A DNA stretch of 64,000 bases from an uncultured Armatimonadia bacterium (GCA_964549395.1 CAZJVY010000006.1:6972-70971); one strand, 5' to 3'. Numbered from the stretch's first letter, positions 35,913 through 46,099 are shown. The notes: generated by a model from the letters alone, not told the origin. A program made the numbers and translations.

Positions 35913-37427
35913 ATGCCAGGCACCGACGGTGTCCCGATCGTGCTCACCGCCGACCGCACGCTGATGGTCCACTACCGCGTTCTGTTGGACGGTATGGTCG
36001 CCTGCAGCCAGACCACCACAACCCCCTGGCAGATCATGGACAAGGTTCTGATGCCCAGAGCGCCGCACCCGGATGGCCGGGCCGCGTTCGCGCCTCTGGG
36101 GCTGCGGCGGATCGAGGCGGCACTGCTTGCCGGCGGCTTCCAGCACAGCGACGTGGCGGTCGTGGACGATAGCCATCTGTCGGATGTCATCGGGCCTGCC
36201 ACCAGGGCAGTAGCGGTCAGTTCGGGCGAGCCGACGGGGCTGGGCATGAGCAGCTCGACGATGGCGGCGGTCGCCGGCGGCACGATCCAGCCGCAGTTGA
36301 TGTTCGAGCGATTGCTCGGTCGCATCCGCGAGTTGGTGACTGCTCGTGCCCCGCAGGCGAAAGTCGTTCTCGGCGGCTCCGGCGCCTGGCAATTGGCCGA
36401 TGATGCACCTACGCGGCGGAAGCTGGGCATTGACCACGTCGTTGTCGGCTATGCAGAGGGCAACGCGCCGGACGTGTTCGAGTCACTGCTCGAGGGCGAT
36501 GACCTGCCTGAGGTGATGGCGGGCGAGGGCGTGCGGGGAGACGCCATACCTGCAATCCGGGGGGCGAGCGCGATGGGAGCGGTCGAGATCAGTCGCGGCT
36601 GCGGCCTCGGGTGTGACTTCTGCACCATCGCACAGACGCCGATGATGCATCTGCCGCCCGAAACCATCATCGCCGACGCGGAGACTAACGTTGTAGCCGG
36701 AATGACAAGCATCGCGGCGCTCAGCGAGGACTTCTTCAGATACGGCGGCAGCGGCACGCACTGCGATCCCGAGGCCGTCCTGGACCTACTCAGACGGCTG
36801 AGGAAGATTGAGGGATTGCGCCTGATCCAGATTGACCACGCCAACATCTCGAGCATCGCGCAGTATGGTGATGTGGAGTTGGCGCTGGTGCATCGGCTCC
36901 TGGTAGGCGAGAAAGCGCGCAGATCCGCGTGGGTGAATGTGGGAGTCGAGACGGCGTCCGGGGCGCTTCTGGAGGCCAACGGCGGCAGGCCGAAGATGAT
37001 GGGCATACAGCTTGATGAATGGGGTGATATGTGCGCCCGGCAGTTGCGGCGGCTGTGCAGGGCAGGATTCATCCCCATGGCAAGCCTGGTTGTCGGCCTG
37101 CCGGGCGAGACCGATGATGACGTGCAGCGGACGCACGCCTGGGTGCGATCACTGCTGGGGGAGCGTCTGGCGGTGTTCCCGGTGCTTCATGCGCCGATTC
37201 GGGGCCAACCGCGGCGTACCTTGACGGACTTGAGCCGGGCCCAGTGGGCGCTGATCCGGGAGTGTTACCGGCTCAACTTCAAGTGGGTGCCGCGCATGTA
37301 CTGGGACAGCCAGACGGGTGCGGGTGTGCCCCTCAGGAAGCGTCTCCTGCTGCAATTGTTGGCCAACGTTCAGGCGGCACAGTGGCGGGTGCTGCTGGCT
37401 CGCCACGAGCGGAGGGCCGCGACGTGA
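35913..37427 (+). CDS. radical SAM protein with N-terminal B12-binding-like domain (hopanoid-associated HpnJ-like candidate)
   Basis: GCGLGCDFC CX3CX2C motif. Stop overlaps the shc start. Lies in a hopanoid gene context. Confidence 0.6.
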   Translation: MPGTDGVPIVLTADRTLMVHYRVLLDGMVACSQTTTTPWQIMDKVLMPRAPHPDGRAAFAPLGLRRIEAALLAGGFQHSDVAVVDDSHLSDVIGPATRAVAVSSGEPTGLGMSSSTMAAVAGGTIQPQLMFERLLGRIRELVTARAPQAKVVLGGSGAWQLADDAPTRRKLGIDHVVVGYAEGNAPDVFESLLEGDDLPEVMAGEGVRGDAIPAIRGASAMGAVEISRGCGLGCDFCTIAQTPMMHLPPETIIADAETNVVAGMTSIAALSEDFFRYGGSGTHCDPEAVLDLLRRLRKIEGLRLIQIDHANISSIAQYGDVELALVHRLLVGEKARRSAWVNVGVETASGALLEANGGRPKMMGIQLDEWGDMCARQLRRLCRAGFIPMASLVVGLPGETDDDVQRTHAWVRSLLGERLAVFPVLHAPIRGQPRRTLTDLSRAQWALIRECYRLNFKWVPRMYWDSQTGAGVPLRKRLLLQLLANVQAAQWRVLLARHERRAAT

Positions 37428-39307
37428 TCGAGCGACAGAAGCTTGAGGATGCCTTGCGCCTGGCCCGCGAACGCCTCCTGGCGGCCCGTCTTGGCGACGG
37501 CTACTGGGAAGGCCGCCTTTGCTCCTCCGCACTGGCCACCGCAACCGCGATCAGCGCCCTTGCACTGGCGGGAGAGCCGCAGGATGAGGCGATAGTGGCG
37601 CGGGGCATCCGCTGGCTGGAGGCAACACAGAACGCTGACGGCGGTTGGGGGGATACGCCGGACAGTCCCAGCAACCTGGCGACATCCCTGCTGGCGGTTT
37701 CTGCTCTTCGTATCGCCGCAGACATCGCGCAGTCGGACAGTGCGCTTGCGAAGGCAAACAGGTATGTTTCCGGAATGGCAGGAGAAGGGCCGAGTGAACG
37801 AGTAGCCGGAATCAAGGCGGCATACGGGTCGGATCGCACGTTCGCCGTGCCGATTCTAGTCAACTGCGCACTGGCCGGCCTGGTGCCCTGGGACGGCATA
37901 CCCGCGCTGCCGTTTGAGTTGGCCGCACTGCCACAGGGCCTCTACCGCTTTGCAGGGCTGTCGGTGGTCAGCTATGCCCTGCCTGCCTTAATCGCGGTCG
38001 GCCTGGCACTGGACCATTTCACGCCGCCGACAGGCCCACTGGTTCGCCTCATTCGGCGGCTGGTCAACACCGGCATAAGGCGCAAGCTGGAGGCGCTACA
38101 GCCAGAGCATGGGGGATTTCTGGAGGCAACACCGCTTACAGCCTTCGTGGCCATGAGCATCACGGCCGCGTATGGAGCGCAGGAGCCGGTCGTACGGAAA
38201 TGCCTGGAGTTCCTGCGTGCTTCGGTGCGAGCCGACGGCAGTTGGCCGATTGACACGAACCTGTCCGTGTGGGTAACGACGGCCGCCCTGAACGCTTTGG
38301 CTAAGTCAGGCGGCTTGTCGCCGGATGAAGTGGAGCGGACTTGCGCCTGGATTCGGACCGGGCAGTATGGGCACGTCCACCCTTTCACAGGAGCACGACC
38401 CGGCGGATGGGGATGGACGCATCTTGCCGGCGGCGTGCCGGATGCCGACGATACCTCCGCCGCAATCCTGGCGCTGGTGAAGACAGGCGATATGGCCGCA
38501 GTGCCGGCTGGTGTCACATGGCTGGCGAGGTTGCAGAACCCGGACGGCGGCTGGCCGACGTTCTGCCGGGGCTGGGGGCGGCTGCCGTTCGACCGGAGCT
38601 GTCCGGACATAACGGCTCATGCACTGCGCGCACTGCACGCGGCGGCTAGTATGGAGCCGCTTCCCGAGCTGGTAACCTGTGTGGCGCGGGGGATGCGATA
38701 CCTGCTGCGGCAGCAACAGGCTGACGGGTCGTGGCTGCCGTTGTGGTTCGGGAATCAGGCCGCTCCCGGCCGGGCGAATCCCGTACTGGGCACTGCGCGG
38801 GTGCTGATGGCACTTGCGGAATGGGACCCGACAGGCGACCTCGCGACGCGTGGGCTGGAGCACCTGGGGGATATGGAGAGCCAAGACGCGGCACCTGCAG
38901 CGTCCCGGAGAATCGCCGCTTGGACGCGAACGGGTGCAGGAGGCCTGCCGTTTGTGTTGCGGAGGGGGCCTCAATTGCGGACGGCGCTGGCGGAGGCGAT
39001 TACCTACCTGGGGCAGGCCCAGAACCCCGACGGGGGATGGGGAGGCGCGGCCGGGGTGGCTTCCTCGGTCGAGGAGACTGCACTTGCGGTATCAGCATTG
39101 TCGGCTTGGCCACAGGAGACGCGCCAGTCGCTCACCAATGGCGTTTCGTATTTGCTAACGCGGATCGAGAATGGAACCTGGACGCAAGCCACGCCGATCG
39201 GCGTGTACTTCGCCAGACTTTGGTATTCGGAGGAGCTATACCCGGTTATCTGGACAGTGGAGGCGCTCGGGCGGGCCCTGCGGGCGTCTGAACAACTCGG
39301 GTCATAG
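37424..39307 (+). CDS. shc: squalene-hopene cyclase
   Basis: DADDTSAA (DxDDTA catalytic motif), multiple QW/DGGWG repeats. About 628 aa from the GTG at 37424, which overlaps the previous stop (GTGA). Confidence 0.85.
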   Translation: MIERQKLEDALRLARERLLAARLGDGYWEGRLCSSALATATAISALALAGEPQDEAIVARGIRWLEATQNADGGWGDTPDSPSNLATSLLAVSALRIAADIAQSDSALAKANRYVSGMAGEGPSERVAGIKAAYGSDRTFAVPILVNCALAGLVPWDGIPALPFELAALPQGLYRFAGLSVVSYALPALIAVGLALDHFTPPTGPLVRLIRRLVNTGIRRKLEALQPEHGGFLEATPLTAFVAMSITAAYGAQEPVVRKCLEFLRASVRADGSWPIDTNLSVWVTTAALNALAKSGGLSPDEVERTCAWIRTGQYGHVHPFTGARPGGWGWTHLAGGVPDADDTSAAILALVKTGDMAAVPAGVTWLARLQNPDGGWPTFCRGWGRLPFDRSCPDITAHALRALHAAASMEPLPELVTCVARGMRYLLRQQQADGSWLPLWFGNQAAPGRANPVLGTARVLMALAEWDPTGDLATRGLEHLGDMESQDAAPAASRRIAAWTRTGAGGLPFVLRRGPQLRTALAEAITYLGQAQNPDGGWGGAAGVASSVEETALAVSALSAWPQETRQSLTNGVSYLLTRIENGTWTQATPIGVYFARLWYSEELYPVIWTVEALGRALRASEQLGS

Positions 39308-39538
39308 ATGAGTCATAGAGCAAGCCCAGAGATGCCTACAAGATGGGTGCGATGATGGAGATCTGGCGGACTGGCACGCACCTGCAGTCAGACCGTCGCA
39401 TCCAGCGCAATTGACACCGCGGCCGGACAGGTTGTCCGTGGGCAGTTGTTGAACATGGGGCAGGGGACGTGCTACCCTAGTATGAGGACGGCCAATAGTA
39501 GCCGTGAGCATACCGTTGAGGGAGTATAACTTGAGATT

Positions 39539-41299
39539 ATGAGCACTAAGCCCGGCGCCGGGCCGCTACTTATCAGTGACGGCGCGGAAGACATCAAGTC
39601 GGTGCCACAGGATGCCGCCACGCGCGCGGCCATCCGCCGGCGTGCTTGCGATTTGGCCGGCAGCCCTGGACCGAACGGGCCGCCGGTATTTGATGCTCTG
39701 CAGTCCGTGGGGCGGCAGATACTGCAAGGTCTGTCATTGCCGGACAGGTTCCTGGGTTTCGCGATGGTCGCTGCGGATAACGCCGCCTGGGCTGGGGCGT
39801 TCCGAGCGGTGCCGTTTCAGCGCCGGCTGCTGCTGTTGCCGAAGTGTCTGAGCGACCGGGCCCATTGCGAGGGCTGGTATGACTCCGTCGGGCTGCACTG
39901 CGCCGGATGTGGCAGGTGCGTCATATCGGGTCTGAAGCAGCAGGCCGAGGAACTCGGGTACGATGTGGTTGTGGCCGAAGGCACCTCATCGGTGCTGATG
40001 AAGGTGGTGGAGGGCGAGGCGGACGCGATCGTGGGAGTGGCGTGCCTGGACTCACTGCAGCAGTCATTCCAGAGCATTGCGGAGCTCGGCATTCCTCATC
40101 AGGCCATCCCCCTGCTCAATGATGGGTGCAAGGATACGACCGCGGAAGTGGAACTTGTCGCAGAGATGATTGCAGCCCAAGCCGATGAGGGGCCGACAGT
40201 CCAACGCAGCTATCTGCCACTTCTGCGCGAGACGGGCAGCATCTTTGACATGGAGGCATTGACGGATGCGCTTGCTTCCTGCGTCTGTGCGCCGAGCGGG
40301 GACGGGGCTGACCAGGGCCAGTTGGCGGCGACGGACGCGATAGCCCGTGATTGGCTGCAGCGCGGCGGCAAGCGTTTGCGTCCGTTCATCACTTTGTCTG
40401 CCTATGCGGTGGGCAAGCACGGTATGGCCGCATTGTCTCCGGATGCTGAACTGCCGGCCCTGATTCCTCCCGCGATCCGGCGCATCGCGGTGGCGATAGA
40501 GGCACTGCACAAAGCGTCTCTGGTGCACGACGACATCGAGGACGATGATCCCTACCGCTACGGGCAGCCGACGCTGCACCGCACGCATGGGATCGGTCAG
40601 GCAATCAATATCGGGGATTATCTGGTGGGTCTTGGGTACCGTCTGATCTGCGCCCAGGCGTCGGAGTTGGGCGCCGAGTGCATCGCCGACATTCTGGGAC
40701 ATCTGTCGGCTGCGCACCTGCAGTTGTGCTGCGGTCAGGGCGCGGAGCTAATGTGGAGTCGCCGTCGGGGCGGAGAGTTGCGCCCGCTTCACGCCCTGCA
40801 GATCGGCCGCCTGAAGACCGCGCCGGCGTTCGAAGTGGCCTTGTACGCGGGCTTGCGCGCGGCCGAGGCCGGCATTGACGACAGCGTTGTACGCAGTTTC
40901 TCGACATACATCGGTGAGGGCTACCAGATTCGCAACGACTTGAGCGACTGGGATGCCGACGGGGGCAACAAGGTGTCGCTGGGCCAGGACGTGCTCGCCT
41001 CGCGTCCGACCGTGCTGCGCGCATTCGCGCTGGAGGCCGGCGCGGGGAACACGCTCGCGGCACTGCTGGATGCGTCCCCGAACGGGGATGAGGAGAGCGG
41101 TGTTGTTGACCAGGCGCGGAGGCTCTATACGGACACCGGCGCTTTCGAGAAGGCCGAGTTGTTGTATGTGCGGCTGCGGGAGCGGTCGCTGGCGCTGGCC
41201 GACACCGTATCAGATCCTCCGCTGCAGGACCTGCTGCGCTTGCTGGCGCGTATTGTCCTGCCGGAGCGGAACCCGACCCTTGGGGCTGAGCGCCCGTGA
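39539..41299 (+). CDS. polyprenyl synthetase (trans-isoprenyl diphosphate synthase) fused to about 260-aa N-terminal Cys-containing domain of unknown function
   Basis: First aspartate-rich motif LVHDDIEDDD, second RNDLSDWD. N-domain has CEGW...CAGCGRC. Confidence 0.7.
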   Translation: MSTKPGAGPLLISDGAEDIKSVPQDAATRAAIRRRACDLAGSPGPNGPPVFDALQSVGRQILQGLSLPDRFLGFAMVAADNAAWAGAFRAVPFQRRLLLLPKCLSDRAHCEGWYDSVGLHCAGCGRCVISGLKQQAEELGYDVVVAEGTSSVLMKVVEGEADAIVGVACLDSLQQSFQSIAELGIPHQAIPLLNDGCKDTTAEVELVAEMIAAQADEGPTVQRSYLPLLRETGSIFDMEALTDALASCVCAPSGDGADQGQLAATDAIARDWLQRGGKRLRPFITLSAYAVGKHGMAALSPDAELPALIPPAIRRIAVAIEALHKASLVHDDIEDDDPYRYGQPTLHRTHGIGQAINIGDYLVGLGYRLICAQASELGAECIADILGHLSAAHLQLCCGQGAELMWSRRRGGELRPLHALQIGRLKTAPAFEVALYAGLRAAEAGIDDSVVRSFSTYIGEGYQIRNDLSDWDADGGNKVSLGQDVLASRPTVLRAFALEAGAGNTLAALLDASPNGDEESGVVDQARRLYTDTGAFEKAELLYVRLRERSLALADTVSDPPLQDLLRLLARIVLPERNPTLGAERP

Positions 41300-42219
41300 C
41301 GGCGGGCTACCTGCAGTGGCTGGATGCGCTGCTGGAGAGAGGGGCGCAGTCCCTCAGCGAAGCGTTCCGGCAGGTTCAGGTCGGCTACGTCACATCCCCG
41401 CAGTTGCCGGACGGCGGATTCCCCGGACGTGATGGCGGCCCCGACATCTATTACACCGATTTCGGCCTGCGCGTGGTGAGCCTTTTAGATCCGAGTAACG
41501 AGGCCGTGCGCCGGGCGGCTCCATTCGTGCGCGCTGCAGCCGACGGGGTGCAGAACATTGTTGAGTGCTTCTGCCTGCTCAATTGCAGCCGCATGTTGGC
41601 GCGATGCGGGGTCCGAGTGGGCCTCGATACAGAGAGCATTTCACGTATCATCAACGGGCAGCGGCTGGCGGCGGGCGGCTTCGCGCGACCCGGTGGCACC
41701 GGCATCAGCGCCTATAACACCTATATCGGCGGTCTCTGCTATGAGGTGCTGTGTGAAGACACGCGCCAAGTCGCAGCGGCCGCTTCAGCCCTTGGCAGCC
41801 TGCAGGGGGCAGGCGGAGGCTTCAAAGAGCAGCCTGGTGAAGGCTGCGAGCAGACCAGCGCCACGGCAGCGGCCATCGGGTTCCTGCAGATGACGGGGCG
41901 CTGTTCGCGCCAACAGGCGGCGGCAGCGACGGGCTTCCTTCAACTCATGCAATGTGCCGACGGCGGTTTCCTGGCCCACGAACACGCGCCCTGCAGCGAT
42001 CTTCTGTCCACCTTCACGGGCCTGGTCACGCTGGCAGCCCTGGATGCGCTGGAGCGTGTTGACCTGCCCGCTGCAGCCCGGTTCGTCAGAGACGCAGCGC
42101 GTCCGGACGGCGGATTCGCGGCATTCCCGTCTGACGATGTCGGCGATATTGAGTACACGTATTACGGCTTGGCCTGCCTGGCGATATTGCGGTCTGCAGG
42201 CGGCTCGAAGGCGGATTAG
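41296..42219 (+). CDS. prenyltransferase / squalene oxidase (SQCY) repeat protein, half-size alpha/alpha-toroid
   Basis: Repeated G/DGGF(A/P) motifs spaced about 48 aa apart (PDGGFPG, AAGGFAR, AGGGFKE, ADGGFLA, PDGGFAA). GTG start overlapping the previous stop. Confidence 0.55.
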   Translation: MTAGYLQWLDALLERGAQSLSEAFRQVQVGYVTSPQLPDGGFPGRDGGPDIYYTDFGLRVVSLLDPSNEAVRRAAPFVRAAADGVQNIVECFCLLNCSRMLARCGVRVGLDTESISRIINGQRLAAGGFARPGGTGISAYNTYIGGLCYEVLCEDTRQVAAAASALGSLQGAGGGFKEQPGEGCEQTSATAAAIGFLQMTGRCSRQQAAAATGFLQLMQCADGGFLAHEHAPCSDLLSTFTGLVTLAALDALERVDLPAAARFVRDAARPDGGFAAFPSDDVGDIEYTYYGLACLAILRSAGGSKAD

Positions 42220-42310
42220 ATGGTCGGAGAGAATAGTGCCTGCAGGAAGTCATGAGCGTCAGACACGGCATTCTCCGGGGGTCGCCGCCGGCGTTGCGGC
42301 TTGAGCACTC

Positions 42311-43603
42311 ATGAGGATCATCCACTTTGCTGCGGGAGCGGGGCAGATGTACTGCGGGGCTTGCACCCGCGACTTCGTGCTGGCCCGCGGCCTGATCTCC
42401 CGTGGGCACGATGTGTCAGTCCTGCCGCTCTACACGCCACTGCGCACGGATAGCGCCGAGCCATTCGTGGCAGGTCGCGTGTTCCTCGGCGGCATCAACG
42501 CGTGGCTACAGCAGCAGTCGGCGCTGTTCCGCTATACTCCGGCCTGGCTGGACCGTATCTTTGACTCCCCCGGACTATTGTGGCTGGCATCCGGGTTGGC
42601 CGTCAAGACCAGGCCTCGTGACTTGGGAGCGATGACAGTGTCGGTGCTGGCCGGCACGGAGGGTCGTCAGGTCAAGGAATTCCGCAAGCTCATCAGTCAT
42701 CTGCAGGCCATGCCGCCGCCGGACCTGTTCATCATCACCAACACATTGCTGTCAGGCTTCGCCCAGGAGCTGAAGCGACATTTTGCCGTACCTCTGATCT
42801 GCGGAGTGCAAGGCGAGGATGCCTTCCTTACGGCAATGCCGGAGCCGCACCGGGACAGAGCGCGCGAACTGATGCAGCGCAACTCCGCGTTTATTGACCT
42901 TTTCATCTCGCCGACGCCAGACTACGCGCGGGAAATGGCCGCTTACCTGAGCGTCCCACACGACCGGATGCGGGTGGTGCGCACCGGCATAGTGGCGGAG
43001 GACTATGCCCTCGACGTTCCCCGCGTACGCGAGCCGTTCACCATCGGCTATCTGTCCGTCATTACGCCGGCGAAAGGGCTGGACATCCTGGTGGAGGCAT
43101 GGCGGCTGTTGGCACAGAAAGGCGATAGAGACATAAGGTTGCGCGTCGCCGGCCGCGTGCTGGATAGGGGCCATTGGCGAGGGATACTGAACGCAGTCCG
43201 GAGGGCGACTCTAGCGGCCAGATTCGAATACTGTGGTGAGGTGGACTTCGCCGGCAAGGTGGACTTCCTGCGGCGCTGCAGTGCCTTCTCGGTGCCCGGC
43301 AGGTGCATAGAGCATCGGGGACTGGCGACTATGGAGGCGCTAGCGTGCGGCGTTCCCGTAGTTGTGCCCGATGCGGGTGTCTTCCCGGAGATGATATCGC
43401 GGACGGGCGGCGGTCTGTTGGTGCCGCCGGACGACGCACGGGCGCTGGCTGAGAAGATGATGCTGCTCATGAGTGACCCGGAGAACGCCGACCGTATGGG
43501 GCGCGAGGGAGCTCGAGGGATAGCGGCCCACTACCACGCCGAGCGGTCCGTGGAAGACATGCTGGGGGCGATTGAGGCGGCAATGGATCAGCGGCAGATG
43601 TAG
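42311..43603 (+). CDS. glycosyltransferase family 4 (GT-B, group 1)
   Basis: C-terminal EALACGVPVVVPDAGVFPEMI (E-x7-E). Rossmann GT-B layout. Confidence 0.75.
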   Translation: MRIIHFAAGAGQMYCGACTRDFVLARGLISRGHDVSVLPLYTPLRTDSAEPFVAGRVFLGGINAWLQQQSALFRYTPAWLDRIFDSPGLLWLASGLAVKTRPRDLGAMTVSVLAGTEGRQVKEFRKLISHLQAMPPPDLFIITNTLLSGFAQELKRHFAVPLICGVQGEDAFLTAMPEPHRDRARELMQRNSAFIDLFISPTPDYAREMAAYLSVPHDRMRVVRTGIVAEDYALDVPRVREPFTIGYLSVITPAKGLDILVEAWRLLAQKGDRDIRLRVAGRVLDRGHWRGILNAVRRATLAARFEYCGEVDFAGKVDFLRRCSAFSVPGRCIEHRGLATMEALACGVPVVVPDAGVFPEMISRTGGGLLVPPDDARALAEKMMLLMSDPENADRMGREGARGIAAHYHAERSVEDMLGAIEAAMDQRQM

Positions 43604-43627
43604 TCCAGCGGGCGGCGCGCCACCTGG

Positions 43628-44881
43628 CTACAGGCCGATGGCTACAGCGCTGATCTTGTGCAGGGCGCGGTAGAAGCCATCGAAGACCTCCACGACGCGC
43701 CTCGCAGTCGCAACTTCCTGACCTTTCCTCCACGTGCCGGAAAGTTGGCCGGCGGCCAAGGTGGCTTCCACCTCCTCCGTCGTCAAGATGTCGGGGGCCA
43801 ATCTGGGAACGATATCGAGAGGATCCTCGATCTTCTCGTGTTGGAGAAGCTCCCAGAATGCGGCCAGTGGTTGGCGGAAGAAGGTGTTCCTGACCCGGTT
43901 CAGTTCCCACGGGATGAGGATTGACGTGTCGAAGTAGGACGGCGCGTTGGCCAGGAAGTAGATACGACCCTTGGTCAGTCGCGCGTACTTGGCGCCGTCG
44001 AAGACCGTCATCGCCAGGTCAACAGGCTGTCGGCTCAATGCCTGCTGCCATTGCGCCGGTGAGGTGCAGGCGGCACCAGGTATGATGGTGATGGCGTCGG
44101 CCAGACGGAGGCCGACTGTCCTTACTGCATCAAAGAGACGCTCCTCGAAATCCGACAGCGCCGGGTCGGAATACAACTCAGGAATCTCGTAGTGCCGCTC
44201 AACTATGTCAAGAGCCTCTGCGAACACGCTTACGTTCGGGAACATGACGGCGGCTCGGCGTAGGGCGTCTATCTTGCCGACGAGAGTTTGATGCCCGAGA
44301 ATGGCAAGGGCCGATTGGACCGGCGGGGGGAAGTAGTGCATCAGGCGACTGTGAAGCGGATATTTGTTTTCGTAAGCGCCGAGGTTAATGGCCGGGTCAA
44401 TCGCGCGGTTGTACGGGCCGTAGTATGCCAGGAACTTCGACAGATTGTACCGTTCATCTTTCGCGTCCCAGGGCCGGCTCGCCAGGGCTTGCGTGACGCG
44501 TGCCAGTCTTTCGGGCTGCGCGGTGTCGTAGAATGTCCACTGCTTGTACTCGGGATGATAGAGCTGGGGCAGCGTGAGTTCGCTCCACGTCAGGCTGACG
44601 CCGGGAAGGTGTTCGAGCCTGCGCGTCCATTCGGGGTGTGCCCTGCAAAGCTCCAAATGCATTTCGCCTACTGCGGCGGAGACGCGGCACCAGTCGTCTG
44701 CCGTCATGCCGTCGGCGCAGATCAGCCGGTAGTCGAAATCGCTCATGCCGGGGATGAGATCCTCAAAGGCCCATTTCCCGGCGATACCCTCCACTTCAGG
44801 AGCCACTGAACGGCATCGCTCGTAGTAGAGCGTGATGAACTCGGCAAAGTCGTTGCGGGGAGCAGGCTCGAAGATCATCAC
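43628..44881 (-). CDS. hypothetical protein with possible nucleotidyltransferase-fold motif
   Basis: IPGMSDFDYRLI matches the hG[GS]...DhD minimal nucleotidyltransferase pattern. Last gene of the minus-strand sugar-modification operon. Confidence 0.4.
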   Translation of the reverse strand: MMIFEPAPRNDFAEFITLYYERCRSVAPEVEGIAGKWAFEDLIPGMSDFDYRLICADGMTADDWCRVSAAVGEMHLELCRAHPEWTRRLEHLPGVSLTWSELTLPQLYHPEYKQWTFYDTAQPERLARVTQALASRPWDAKDERYNLSKFLAYYGPYNRAIDPAINLGAYENKYPLHSRLMHYFPPPVQSALAILGHQTLVGKIDALRRAAVMFPNVSVFAEALDIVERHYEIPELYSDPALSDFEERLFDAVRTVGLRLADAITIIPGAACTSPAQWQQALSRQPVDLAMTVFDGAKYARLTKGRIYFLANAPSYFDTSILIPWELNRVRNTFFRQPLAAFWELLQHEKIEDPLDIVPRLAPDILTTEEVEATLAAGQLSGTWRKGQEVATARRVVEVFDGFYRALHKISAVAIGL

Positions 44882-44938
44882 CGTTCCCAGTTTCGTATGG
44901 TGGACTGACCGCAGAACGGCCCTGTCAAAGTGACATCT

Positions 44939-46099
44939 CTACTTCAGCGCGGCTATCGCTTCTCTCAGCGCCCAGGCGACGTATTCCAGGTCCTCGTACG
45001 GCGTGTCGGGGAAGATGGGGAGTTGGAAGACCTGCTCGCACGCCTTCTCCGCAATCGGGCAGTCGCTCTTGTCGTAGTCAATCTTCTCGAAGGCCTCCCA
45101 GCTCCAGGCAAGCGGATAGCACTTGGAGGTGCCGACCTGATAGGTTTCCTGGAGGTGCTTGCGCAGGTCCGCCTCCGAGCAGCCGACCTTGTCGGTATCC
45201 AGCCGGACGGCATACATGTGGCTGGCGTGATTCGGGCCGTGGCCGACCGGCCTGATGATTTCGTCAATATCGCTGAGCAGATCGTTCATCTTCAGCATCC
45301 GCTCGCGGCGCTCGGCGACAACCCTATCGAGCTTGGCCAGTTGGGTTAGGCCGACGGCGTACTGCGGCTTGGTCATGCGGTAGTTGAAGCCGACGGTGAC
45401 GACGCGTAGCGTAGGACCGTACACATAGCCGAAAGTCTTGCGCTGGCGCACCTGCTCGGCGAAGTCGGGGTCATCGGTGGTGACCGCGCCACCCTCGCCG
45501 AGAGTGGTCATGTTCTTATTGCTCTGGAAGCTGTAGCAGGACGCCTTGCCCCGTCCGCCGACCGGTTTCCCCTCGTATAGTCCGCCCGGCATGTGGGCGG
45601 CATCATAGATGATGGGGATGCCCGTCTCCCTGCTGATCTCGTCAAATGCGTCGAGGTCACAGGCCAGGCCGGTATAGTGGACGGGGATGATGGCCCGGGT
45701 CCGGTCGGTGATTTTGGCTCTCACCTTCTCCGGGTGGAGGTTCATGGTAGCCTGGTCAATGTCGGCGAAGACCACCTTCGCGCCGCGTGCCGCTGCACAG
45801 GTCGCCGAGCAGACGAAGGTGAGGGGGGTGGTGATGACCTCGTCGCCCGGCCCGATGCCGAGGACCATCATGCACAGGTCCAGGCCCGTGCCGCAGCTAT
45901 TGACGGCCACGGCATGTTTGGCGCCCTCATGCTGTGCGAAGGCATTCTGGAAATCCGTCTCCTCGGGGAGAGGAAAGAATGTGCCCTCCGGCGTGGCGGC
46001 GCTGCTTATCACCCGCATGGCGGCGTCAACGTCGTCCTGCTCATACAGACCACCCATCGCCTTGAATGGAACCGGGTGGATGTTCATGTCATCGCACAC
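44939..46099 (-). CDS. DegT/DnrJ/EryC1/StrS-family PLP-dependent sugar aminotransferase
   Basis: Typical family layout including the SFQSNKNMTTLGEGG lysine region. Confidence 0.8.
   Translation of the reverse strand: MCDDMNIHPVPFKAMGGLYEQDDVDAAMRVISSAATPEGTFFPLPEETDFQNAFAQHEGAKHAVAVNSCGTGLDLCMMVLGIGPGDEVITTPLTFVCSATCAAARGAKVVFADIDQATMNLHPEKVRAKITDRTRAIIPVHYTGLACDLDAFDEISRETGIPIIYDAAHMPGGLYEGKPVGGRGKASCYSFQSNKNMTTLGEGGAVTTDDPDFAEQVRQRKTFGYVYGPTLRVVTVGFNYRMTKPQYAVGLTQLAKLDRVVAERRERMLKMNDLLSDIDEIIRPVGHGPNHASHMYAVRLDTDKVGCSEADLRKHLQETYQVGTSKCYPLAWSWEAFEKIDYDKSDCPIAEKACEQVFQLPIFPDTPYEDLEYVAWALREAIAALK

Noticed and set aside
39409-39483. TTGACA and TTGAAC ... TAGTAT sigma-70-like hexamers upstream of the prenyl synthase gene.
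   Set aside because: Spacing between the best -35 and -10 candidates is about 23 nt rather than 16-18, and promoter consensus for this lineage is uncertain. Not called as a promoter.
43604-43627. GGCGCGCC palindrome and direct repeat GGCTACAG x2 between the convergent GT4 and hypothetical genes, considered as a terminator.
   Set aside because: No stable stem-loop followed by a T-run. Self-complementary 8-mers are common in GC-rich sequence.
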